6,930 nt of DNA from a virus (IMGVR_UViG_2778261572_000009:1-6930), one strand, 5' to 3'; positions 1-6,888 are shown, counted from the first letter of the stretch. Numbers and translations: made by a program. Notes: a model not told the origin generated them from the letters alone.

Positions 1-90
<90 letters not shown>

Positions 91-136
91 CTGTCATCGG
101 TTTCAGGCTAAATGAATCTGCCTTTTTCCGAAATCA

Positions 137-1099
137 TTAATACAGTTTTTTCGCGCAGTCCAGCCAGTCGCCTTTGAACGGACGCTTCATGTTTTCGATA
201 GCGTCGATGATGTCGTGGTGAACCAACTGTTCGTTCTGGATACCTACGCAACGACCGCCGTAACCTGCCAGCAGCAGATCGATAGCGTAAGCGCCCATAC
301 GGGAAGCCAGAATACGGTCGTAAGGCACCGGAGAACCACCGCGCTGGATGTGGCCCAGCACAGTTGCGCGGGTTTCACGACCGGTTTCTTTCTCGATGAA
401 ATGCGCCAGTTCGTCAACATCACACATATGTTCGGTAATCGCCACGATCGCGTGTTTTTTACCTTTCGCGATACCCGCTTTGATTTCATTTACCAGGTCT
501 TCACGGCTGAATTCAACTTCCGGAACCACAACGAATTCACAGCCACCGGCAATGGCCGCAGCCAGCGTCAGATCGCCACAATAACGGCCCATCACTTCCA
601 CCACGGAAATACGCTGGTGAGAAGAAGAGGTGTCACGCAGACGGTCGATCGCTTCTACAACGGTGCTCAGCGCAGTGAAGAAACCGATAGTGTAGTCAGT
701 GCCTTTGATGTCGTTGTCGATAGTGCCCGGCAGACCGATGCACGGGAAGCCCATTTCGGTCAGACGCATTGCACCCATGTAGGAACCGTCACCGCCGATA
801 ACCACCAGCGCGTCGATACCACGTTTTTTCAGGTTTTCGATAGCCACGGCGCGGATGTTCTCGTCGCGGAATTCCGGGAAGCGCGCAGAACCGAGGAACG
901 TACCGCCACGGTTGATCATGTCAGAAACGCTGTAACGGTCTAGCTGTACCATACGGTCTTCATACAGACCCAGATAGCCGTCATAAATGCCCATTACTTC
1001 CAGACCTTCTGTCAGCGCAGAACGAACAACCCCGCGAATTGCGGCGTTCATGCCTGGCGCATCACCGCCGCTTGTCAACACACCGATTTTCTTAATCAT
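137..1099 (-). CDS. pfkA: ATP-dependent 6-phosphofructokinase I
   Basis: The 352-aa minus-strand ORF contains the E. coli PfkA sequence from [23 protein letters not shown] to the C-terminal [13 protein letters not shown] place the start at the internal ATG (complement of 1097-1099), which gives 320 aa and is preceded by GAGG (revcomp of 1104-1107). The 32 codons upstream in the ORF track are an artefactual extension. Stop TAA at 137-139. Confidence 0.95.
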
Positions 1100-1185
1100 G
1101 ACTACCTCTGAACTTTGGAATGCAAAATAAAATCTGTTGCCGGAAGTCTTCTTGCACATCGAAGTGATCCAACGAATGTGCAAAT

Positions 1186-1214
1186 AGTATAACAATCACT
1201 TCCTGCTGAATTGA
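1186..1214 (-). promoter_or_regulatory. Candidate sigma70 promoter for pfkA (-10 TATACT, weak -35 TCAATT)
   Basis: On the minus strand, TATACT (complement of 1186-1191) with a possible -35 TCAATT (complement of 1209-1214) at 17-bp spacing. The -35 overlaps the Cra-like box. Hexamer match only. Confidence 0.3.
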
Positions 1215-1220
1215 TTCAGG
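1205..1220. promoter_or_regulatory. Candidate Cra (FruR) operator in the pfkA upstream region
   Basis: GCTGAATTGATTCAGG is an imperfect palindrome (TGAATT|GATTCA) resembling the Cra half-site consensus TGAAWC. It lies about 105-120 bp upstream of the pfkA ATG; pfkA is a known Cra-repressed gene. Confidence 0.5.
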
Positions 1221-1279
1221 TCAGGCCAAATGGCGGTATTTTATACACAAAATGCGGGTCTGGCTCTCTTTTATACTGA

Positions 1280-2182
1280 TTATGAAAGCATAGACCGTTT
1301 ACCCTCCCTGGGTACGACGGAACAGGGGTCCTGATGGATAATTACATCCGATCCCGGAAAACGCCGTAAAATAGCCTGCTCTACCTGATCCGCCACCATA
1401 TGTGCCTGAACCAAAGGCAGAGAGTCTTCCATTTCCAAATGAATCTGAATAAAGCGGGTCGGCCCTGACTGCCGCGTGCGAAGATCGTGAGCGCCGCTAA
1501 CACCCGGCCAGGAAGTCACGATATCAATAATTTCTTGCCGTTCCTCATCAGGCAATGCGCGATCCAGTAATGACTGTACCGCCTCATATCCCATGCGTAA
1601 CGCGCTATATAAAATATAGATGCCGATTCCCAATGCAAACAGAGCATCGGCGCGATGCCAGCCGTACCAGGACAACCCCAGCGCCAGCAGAATTGCGCCG
1701 TTCATCATAACATCAGACTGGTAATGTAGCATATCAGCCCGCACCGCCTGGCTTTGCGTCCGGCGCACCACCCAACGCTGAAACGAGACAAGGATAATCG
1801 TACAAATTAGCGCCACAATTGTCACGATAACCCCGACGCCTGGATCTGTCATCGGTGTTGGAGATATCAGATGTTGAATACCCGTCAAAAACAGGAATAG
1901 TGCCGAACCGGAGATAAACATACTTTGCGCCAGCGCCGCGAGGGACTCTGCTTTACCGTGACCAAACGAGTGATTATCGTCGGCAGGTTGCAGGGAATAT
2001 CGCACCACCAGTAAATTCGTCAACGACGCGCCGATATCCACCAGCGAATCCACCAGCGCGGCGAGAATACTCACCGACCCGGTATACCACCATGCAAAAA
2101 TTTTAATCAGCAATAGCAACGAAGCCATCGCCGTCGCAGCAATCGCCGCCCGACTGACCAGCCGTCCATAAGATTGATTCAT
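1280..2182 (-). CDS. fieF: Cation diffusion facilitator family metal (Fe2+/Zn2+) efflux pump FieF/YiiP
   Basis: Translation from [25 protein letters not shown] to [10 protein letters not shown] matches FieF (YiiP), 300 aa, with the hydrophobic TM segments and HSFGHGKAE motif typical of CDF transporters. Start is ATG at complement 2180-2182, preceded by GGGAG. The ORF-track start at 2200 is a TTG-initiated extension. The fieF-pfkA adjacency matches E. coli gene order. Confidence 0.93.
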
Positions 2183-2263
2183 AAATACTCCCGCTATCAA
2201 CTGACGCTAGTATAACGGAAGCAAATCATCTGCAATGCATTAAGCAGCAGGCAAATTGAGGAT

Positions 2264-2290
2264 AAAAAAAACCCCCACATCATGTGGGGG
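2264..2290 (-). terminator. Rho-independent terminator candidate upstream of fieF
   Basis: Stem CCCCCAC (2272-2278) / GTGGGGG (2284-2290) with a 5-nt loop. On the plus strand it is preceded by A8 (2264-2271), so on the minus strand it is a GC-rich hairpin followed by U8. Confidence 0.55.
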
Positions 2291-2328
2291 AAGACAGGGA
2301 TGGTGTCACAAAAAAGCACCTAACCTGA

Positions 2329-2350
2329 TGATATAAATGGATTTATATCA
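2329..2350. repeat. Perfect AT-rich palindrome (10-bp arms, 2-bp spacer) in the prophage/chromosome junction region
   Basis: TGATATAAAT (2329-2338), GG, ATTTATATCA (2341-2350); the arms are exact reverse complements. Its nature (protein-binding site or recombination-related) is unknown. Confidence 0.4.
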
Positions 2351-2380
2351 ACCACTGTCCACATAGCGTCCACATCGACC

Positions 2381-2416
2381 ATAAATAAGCCCCTCAACTG
2401 AGGGGCTATTTTTGTG
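2381..2416. terminator. GC-rich hairpin immediately downstream of ogr; candidate ogr terminator, possibly bidirectional, and possibly overlapping the prophage att core
   Basis: Perfect 8-bp inverted repeat AGCCCCTC (2388-2395) / GAGGGGCT (2400-2407) with a 4-nt loop. It is flanked by ATTTTT on the plus strand (2408-2413) and by TATTTAT when read on the minus strand (revcomp of 2381-2387). It starts 11 nt after the ogr stop. Confidence 0.45.
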
Positions 2417-2417
2417 A

Positions 2418-2636
2418 TCACATCCACATAATTTGCTGCCCTGACGGCAACGGGTGCGGCCTCACGGCGTGGACTTCTCCCGGCTTCACGATGTATCTCT
2501 GTACCGACTCATAAGTGATGAACGTGGCGCTGCAATTCACGTTCTGGCACTGGTGATAACGCTCTTTTGTCGTGTCAGTGATATAGCGGCTTGTACGCGC
2601 ATGTGCGGCATGCTGGCATAAAGGACAATGAAACAT
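2418..2636 (-). CDS. ogr: P2-type late gene transcriptional activator Ogr (zinc-finger, Ogr/Delta family)
   Basis: The 72-aa product MFHCPLCQHAAHARTSRYITDTTKERYHQCQNVNCSATFITYESVQRYIVKPGEVHAVRPHPLPSGQQIMWM matches P2 Ogr as I remember it, with the CxxC...CxxxxC zinc-binding arrangement. Start is the internal ATG (complement 2634-2636) preceded by AGAGG; the 21-codon extension in the ORF track is rejected. It lies directly downstream of the gpD-like ORF, as in P2 (D-ogr-att). Confidence 0.85.
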   Translation of the reverse strand: MFHCPLCQHAAHARTSRYITDTTKERYHQCQNVNCSATFITYESVQRYIVKPGEVHAVRPHPLPSGQQIMWM

Positions 2637-2670
2637 CGCGAGCACCTCTTCCGGTTTTGTTGATGGTGCC

Positions 2671-2699
2671 ATTTTAGTTAAATTACCCTTATAAAACAA
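2671..2699 (-). promoter_or_regulatory. Candidate sigma70 promoter for ogr (-35 TTGTTT, 17 bp, -10 TAAAAT)
   Basis: On the minus strand, TTGTTT (complement of 2694-2699) and TAAAAT (complement of 2671-2676) are separated by 17 nt, inside the 81-bp D-ogr intergenic region and about 35 nt upstream of the ogr ATG. Confidence 0.35.
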
Positions 2700-2717
2700 A
2701 TAGATAAATAAAACACA

Positions 2718-4178
2718 TCACTCATCATCTTCTGTTTCGTACTCCACATCAGAAAGCCTGACCTCAAGCTCTAAGGACGTCGTGAAGCCGCTATTATTCA
2801 GAAAATGTGTCACCTTAGTGATTGTCCAGTCCTGCTCGTCTATGACGCGCTTAAAGCCTGACACTTTAACCGGTGTTTCCGTGTAAATATCTGCCCGACC
2901 GGTAGCCAGGCTGATGGAAAACTCCGCGACGCCCCGTTGCAGTTTGTCCCACTTCGCCTGAGCGGCGCGCATGGCCTGCGCTTTCGTGGCATATACCGTG
3001 GTCAGTGCAAAAACGTTGTCAGCCTCACCGGCCATGTATTCACCTTCGCGCGCTTCCGGTACTTTAGGCGCTTTCTTCTGCGTGACTGGTTTCGCTTTCG
3101 GGTGCTCCAGTGCGCGCAGGTGTTTCTCTTTCTTTTTGCGTTTCAGTTTTACCTTCTGCTTTTGCGGCTTCGGGTCTTTGGTGTGTAACCACTTTGCCGT
3201 TACGCCGGTATAGGCTCCACGGTCAGCAATCGCAAAATGATGACGGTCACCGTCGCTGCGGGTGAGGGTAATCTGCGGGATTTTTTTACCGCTGGCAGTC
3301 ACCCCCTGCCCCGCTTTGAGAAACAGCAGTTTTCCCATTTTTACCGACACCTCACCGCCGTTGCGTTCAGCAAGACGGGTCAGGAATTTCGCATCAGACT
3401 CCTGCGACTGGTCGATGTGCGGGATTTTAATTCCGGCCAGTGACGGAGCGACACTGGCTTTCAGCCTGTTACGGGTGGCCACCCCGACATTGGACAGCGT
3501 TTTATGCCAGCCCTGCTCCTGGTCGATTCTGGCACGCAGACCCAGCGCACGGGCGGTGGCATACGCGGTGGCGGTGGTGCTGGTGACCGTATCCCATGCG
3601 AGGAAATCCGGCCAGATGACCATCAGCTCACGCTGGCTGAAATTCTGGCGGTAGGCTTTCACCTCGGAAATGGTCTTACAGCCCCATGCGCTGATATACC
3701 CGAAAGCGCGCAGCTTCTGACAGACGGATACCAGTGCAACAGCCACCTCTTTGGTGTCCAGTCCCGGCACACCGAGAATACGCGGTTTAACACCGGTTAC
3801 CGACTCCGCCGCCAGCAGGGCTTTCAGTCCGGTGTACTGACCGTTTTCGTCGGTGGTGCCGATGATATTGGAAACGGTCTGCGCAAGTTTCGTTTCCTCG
3901 TCGTCGCCGGTGCCGTCTTCCACACGCACGACAACGGTGACCGGTTTTGACTGGTCGGCGATGGCCTGCAACGATGCCGCCAGCGTGCCTTTTTTACCGG
4001 CCTTTGCAATTGCGCTCTGCACATTGGTAATCAGCACTGGTTTATTGAGGGGGAAGATTTCCGCATCCGCATCGCTGGCCGTGCAGACCATGCCAACAAT
4101 GGCGGTGGATACGGTGGAAATGACGCGGGTGCCGTCGTTAATCTCCAGCACCTGCACGCCGTGATGATAGTCACTCAT
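2718..4178 (-). CDS. Chimeric ORF: N-terminal ~233 aa of P2-like tail sheath protein (gpFI) fused in frame to C-terminal ~250 aa of P2-like tail protein D (gpD); deletion remnant, probably non-functional
   Basis: Residues 1-233 (MSDYHHGVQVLEINDGTRVISTVSTAIVGM ... GWHKTLSNVGV) match the N-terminus of P2-family tail sheath proteins from memory. From about residue 234 (ATRNRLKASVAPSLAGIKIPHIDQSQESDAKFLTRLAERNGG ... VRLSDVEYETEDDE) the sequence matches the C-terminal part of P2 gpD. The RBS GGAG (revcomp of 4187-4190) lies 8 nt upstream of the ATG at 4176-4178. The ORF is intact, but the FI C-terminus, FII, E/E', T, U and the D N-terminus expected between these halves are absent. Confidence 0.8.
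   Translation of the reverse strand: MSDYHHGVQVLEINDGTRVISTVSTAIVGMVCTASDADAEIFPLNKPVLITNVQSAIAKAGKKGTLAASLQAIADQSKPVTVVVRVEDGTGDDEETKLAQTVSNIIGTTDENGQYTGLKALLAAESVTGVKPRILGVPGLDTKEVAVALVSVCQKLRAFGYISAWGCKTISEVKAYRQNFSQRELMVIWPDFLAWDTVTSTTATAYATARALGLRARIDQEQGWHKTLSNVGVATRNRLKASVAPSLAGIKIPHIDQSQESDAKFLTRLAERNGGEVSVKMGKLLFLKAGQGVTASGKKIPQITLTRSDGDRHHFAIADRGAYTGVTAKWLHTKDPKPQKQKVKLKRKKKEKHLRALEHPKAKPVTQKKAPKVPEAREGEYMAGEADNVFALTTVYATKAQAMRAAQAKWDKLQRGVAEFSISLATGRADIYTETPVKVSGFKRVIDEQDWTITKVTHFLNNSGFTTSLELEVRLSDVEYETEDDE
3470..3490 (-). other. Deletion junction inside the FI::D fusion ORF (novel joint between sheath and gpD coding sequence)
   Basis: The sheath-like sequence ends at codon 233 (GTG, complement of 3480-3482) and the gpD-like sequence begins at codon 234 (GCC, complement of 3477-3479). 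The exact breakpoint cannot be fixed without the parental sequences. Confidence 0.6.
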
Positions 4179-4270
4179 CCGTTTAACTCCGTGGTTAATG
4201 GGTGCAACTATTTTCTGTTGGGCAGTGCATGAGACGCTATTTGACCTGGCTGGTCAGTGGATGAAACAAC

Positions 4271-4305
4271 AGATAAAGAAAAGGCAGGCAATTCGCCCGC
4301 CTGTC
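4271..4305 (-). terminator. Weak terminator-like hairpin plus T-rich tract between the orphan ORF and the FI::D ORF
   Basis: On the minus strand, GACAGGC-GGGCGAATT-GCCTGCC (revcomp of 4283-4305; 6 of 7 stem positions pair) is followed by TTTTCTTTATCT (revcomp of 4271-4282). Confidence 0.3.
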
Positions 4306-4497
4306 CTGATTTGTACTCACTCATTTTCCGACTGACAATTTACATAGCCAAAACGCTATCAAATCTGACAGTCTGCTTTGAGCGAGGAGCAGAGGTTAGT
4401 TTTAGTTAACCAAAATGATAAAAAGCAGTAGAAAAATCCGCTCATTACGTTATGGTTATAAGCCGCACATAATCATCCGAGCCAAATCCTCTTGATT

Positions 4498-5397
4498 TCA
4501 AAGAATTAGCACTTGCTCTTCACTAGAAACTATGGTTCTGACTTCACGCTCAAATATTGGATCCATTATCATTTTTCTATTTGTTGGAATAGTAAATTTA
4601 CCGAGTACCATGACAATGCTACTCAACGGAAATAATTTTGGAGTAACATTTCCTAATTGAATCGTAGGATATATATTAAAGCCCCCTTTTATCCTCATTG
4701 GCGAACCTTCAATGAAGTGTCGATAATTAAATTTCGCCATAGGGATTCTCGCCACATGCACTTTCATAATTACAGCAACCTGAGCTATTTTTACTTTCTG
4801 GAGGTAAGTTGACAATCGTTCTAACTGCGTTGTTTCATAGAAAAAATCAGACCACGTTACAGTACTTGTTCCAGTAACAATTTTTATGCTGTTTCTCTTG
4901 TTGGGGTGAGCTTTTCCATATTCATAGATCTCCCGTAAGCTATCCATGTTCTTCACATAAGGGGCTTTCCGACCTCTCTTGACATAAACGCGGTCTGTAG
5001 TATCAGAAGGTGGATTTGCCTGCATAGCTGCAGCTTTTCTGCTTAATTTAGAGATATCATCTTCATCGAGTATATGTATACGGAATATATTATTACCTGT
5101 GGCAAGCGCACGGCTGATATCATGACTGGAATCACTTGCATAAATTGTATTCAATCCTGAAGTTCCATACTGGCATAATTTGTCATGCGTGAAATTTTTT
5201 TCCAGTCTAAAGAAGGCGGGGATATGCAAGGTTTTATTAAAACTCCGACGAATATGGCTTTTGACATACACCAAATGAGCAGAGCAATTTGGGTCAGGAC
5301 ATTTGAGTGGATAGGGATTAACACTATAATTAAAAGTATTTACATTTACTAAAATCTGATTGTTATCAATAGCCTGAGTTATACGAATACCACTCAT
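4498..5397 (-). CDS. Hypothetical protein, 299 aa, AT-rich cargo gene in the prophage G-FI (Z/fun) variable slot; function unknown, candidate defence or lysogenic-conversion factor
   Basis: A 900-bp uninterrupted ORF with ATG at complement 5395-5397 preceded by GGAGGAG (revcomp of 5401-5407) at good spacing. Hand-counted GC is about 30-38% on sample lines, versus about 70% in the adjacent sheath/D ORF. It is flanked by 215-bp and 319-bp spacers with no convincing ORFs. I recognise no protein family in it. Confidence 0.75.
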   Translation of the reverse strand: MSGIRITQAIDNNQILVNVNTFNYSVNPYPLKCPDPNCSAHLVYVKSHIRRSFNKTLHIPAFFRLEKNFTHDKLCQYGTSGLNTIYASDSSHDISRALATGNNIFRIHILDEDDISKLSRKAAAMQANPPSDTTDRVYVKRGRKAPYVKNMDSLREIYEYGKAHPNKRNSIKIVTGTSTVTWSDFFYETTQLERLSTYLQKVKIAQVAVIMKVHVARIPMAKFNYRHFIEGSPMRIKGGFNIYPTIQLGNVTPKLFPLSSIVMVLGKFTIPTNRKMIMDPIFEREVRTIVSSEEQVLIL

Positions 5398-5536
5398 TAC
5401 TCCTCCATAAAGATAGGCGCAAGCATTTAGTAATAAACCATTAACATGCCGAGATCATACCCGATCATTGAAATGTAAACACTCCCCTAAGACGGCTGCT
5501 GGCATAATATTTTATGACATCAGCAATGCCCACCTC

Positions 5537-5578
5537 TGGCACAGAGTGGACTGTCAGATTAGGCTTTACTCTGTGCCA
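5537..5578. repeat. 11-bp perfect inverted repeat with 20-nt spacer between gene G and the orphan ORF
   Basis: TGGCACAGAGT (5537-5547) / ACTCTGTGCCA (5568-5578). It lies 35 nt downstream of the G stop and about 140 nt upstream of the orphan ORF start on the minus strand. No adjacent U-tract. Confidence 0.4.
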
Positions 5579-5612
5579 TAGATATGTAAGCCCACACTAG
5601 AGCTCATACAAC

Positions 5613-6140
5613 TTATTGCGGCATTTCCGGCCATTCAGGATTTGCAGGATCCACACGACTGACCAGAACACTATAGCGTTCCCATGCCTCCAGTCGACTA
5701 CGCTCCTCATCTGTTGCCATATTCAGCCTGACCGCGCGCTCCAGCGGCAAAATCACGGATTCAGCTTCGGAAAGCAAAGCTGCCTTATGTAATTCCGCCA
5801 GTTTCTGCTGTTCGTCTGCCGTATAAATCCGCTTAATCACGGCACCATCCTTAAACATCCATTTACCTGAGTCGTCAGCACGTCGGTTGGAGGTAATATC
5901 AGGAACCTCAACAACGCTAAAACCTTCAGGATTAAGCGTTGAAGCATCTCTGGTGATAGCGACAATAATATTATTTTCATCGTAAACAATCTTTATTGTG
6001 TCTGGCTGAAAGTTCTTCACTTCCTCATACCAGTTTTTTCCGTCCTCAGAGTAAAGCCAGATAACTCCGTGTTTCTTTGTTAACTCATACTGTTCCAGTG
6101 TTTTAGCGTTACCCGCTTTTATGTTCTTTAAGTGCATCAT
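5613..6140 (-). CDS. G: Tail fibre assembly protein (P2 gpG-like Tfa chaperone)
   Basis: The 175-aa product begins [23 protein letters not shown]...[20 protein letters not shown]...[34 protein letters not shown], matching the conserved N-terminal domain of P2 gpG tail-fibre assembly proteins. Its start lies 1 nt after the TAA of the upstream tail-fibre ORF, the usual fibre-chaperone coupling. Confidence 0.85.
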   Translation of the reverse strand: MMHLKNIKAGNAKTLEQYELTKKHGVIWLYSEDGKNWYEEVKNFQPDTIKIVYDENNIIVAITRDASTLNPEGFSVVEVPDITSNRRADDSGKWMFKDGAVIKRIYTADEQQKLAELHKAALLSEAESVILPLERAVRLNMATDEERSRLEAWERYSVLVSRVDPANPEWPEMPQ

Positions 6141-6141
6141 A

Positions 6142-6888
6142 TTAAACGCTCGCTACATTATACCAGGTGCCATTTATATACTTTTGAACGGGTCTGTAAT
6201 AAACGCCCGCTATATTATCGGCAGAGTTGGACCCTGTATCCTGAACATTAATACCAGACAATACATGACCTGACGGGCACTGGAAATTCCATGTTTGCCA
6301 GTTGTTCACTCCATAATATTGCTGTGACCCAAGTCGAACATCTTTCACATATCTGGAATCAAAATTGCCATAGTTGCCAGGAATAACTTGCGAGCCACAA
6401 AGCCAGTTACCGTTATTATCCATGTACGCCTGACCATCGGTGCCATTGGCTGTCCTTGAGTTATTAATCATGTAGATGCCAAATTGCTTGTTCCCCAGTC
6501 CACCTATCATGAACTTGCGGTCAGCGTGATTCTGGCGAAGCAACGCCTGAGCGCTATCAGTGTTAACTATATTTTTCCCAAAGATAGCGTTGTTATCGCG
6601 CATCTGAATCCACATACCATTACTGCTGTTAATAGCAAAACGGTCTGAAAGCGTCTCCCCTGAAACATTAAGGCCACGCCCCATCGAAACAGCGCCAGTA
6701 GCGTTATTAATCCATAATGGCCTTAATCCGTTATAAGTCCCCATGTTGTCACCGGAGTTTGTCAACATGAAGTATGTATTTGAACCATCATTACGAATAA
6801 AGAATCCGTAATTACCATAAGCAATACGTAGGCCGTTTGCTGATTTTGATATGACTTCGCCATTTACAATGGCATTGCGTATTTTCAT
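6142..6888 (-). CDS. Tail fibre protein, C-terminal receptor-binding module (gpH-like distal part), encoded as a separate 248-aa ORF
   Basis: The translation contains motifs I associate with distal tail-fibre domains ([18 protein letters not shown]...[17 protein letters not shown]) and sits immediately upstream of the cognate assembly gene G. The first ATG (complement 6886-6888) is preceded 4 codons upstream by an in-frame TGA and has only a weak Shine-Dalgarno sequence. Confidence 0.7.
   Translation of the reverse strand: MKIRNAIVNGEVISKSANGLRIAYGNYGFFIRNDGSNTYFMLTNSGDNMGTYNGLRPLWINNATGAVSMGRGLNVSGETLSDRFAINSSNGMWIQMRDNNAIFGKNIVNTDSAQALLRQNHADRKFMIGGLGNKQFGIYMINNSRTANGTDGQAYMDNNGNWLCGSQVIPGNYGNFDSRYVKDVRLGSQQYYGVNNWQTWNFQCPSGHVLSGINVQDTGSNSADNIAGVYYRPVQKYINGTWYNVASV

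Noticed and set aside
215-943. 242-aa plus-strand ORF, plus the smaller ORFs 348..584 (+) and 244..489 (-), overlapping pfkA
   Set aside because: They lie entirely inside the well-supported pfkA coding sequence, antisense or in an alternate frame. The translations are low-complexity (rich in R/T/V/H) with no recognisable family, as expected for spurious frames.
1100-1195. 32-codon N-terminal extension of the pfkA ORF in the six-frame track
   Set aside because: The PfkA protein starts at MIKKIGVL and the internal ATG at 1097-1099 has a proper GAGG Shine-Dalgarno sequence; the extension translates as unrelated sequence.
1238-1249. TGTGTATAAAAT on the minus strand as an extended -10 promoter upstream of pfkA
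   Set aside because: No acceptable -35 at 16-18 bp and the TG is not at the canonical TGn position; it is also about 140 nt from the pfkA start. Left as an unsupported hexamer match.
2183-2200. 6-codon extension of fieF (MIAGVF) starting from TTG
   Set aside because: FieF begins MNQSYGRL; the ATG at 2180-2182 is preceded by GGGAG, and the extension relies on a non-ATG start.
2637-2699. 21-codon N-terminal extension of ogr (MFYKGNLTKMAPSTKPEEVLA)
   Set aside because: Ogr is a 72-aa protein starting MFHCPLCQ, and the extension would run through the candidate ogr promoter. The internal ATG has an AGAGG RBS.
2937-4164. Plus-strand ORFs (2937..3188, 2971..3213, 3237..3443, 3262..3654, 3504..3950, 3853..4164) and minus-strand ORF 3824..4024 inside the FI::D region
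   Set aside because: All are nested antisense or in alternate frames within the high-GC (about 70%) sheath/D coding sequence, where long spurious ORFs are expected. Their translations are Arg/Ala/Gly-rich low-complexity with no start-site support.
4201-4497. Short ORFs in the 319-bp spacer (minus-strand 28 and 38 codons, plus-strand 24 codons)
   Set aside because: None has a credible Shine-Dalgarno sequence at correct spacing, and the peptides have no recognisable features. Kept only as a possibility under the spacer finding.
5537-5547. TGGCAC hexamer (minus-strand reading of 5570-5575) as a possible sigma54 -24 element
   Set aside because: The required -12 element (TTGCW) is absent at the correct spacing; the hexamer is simply one arm of the perfect inverted repeat.
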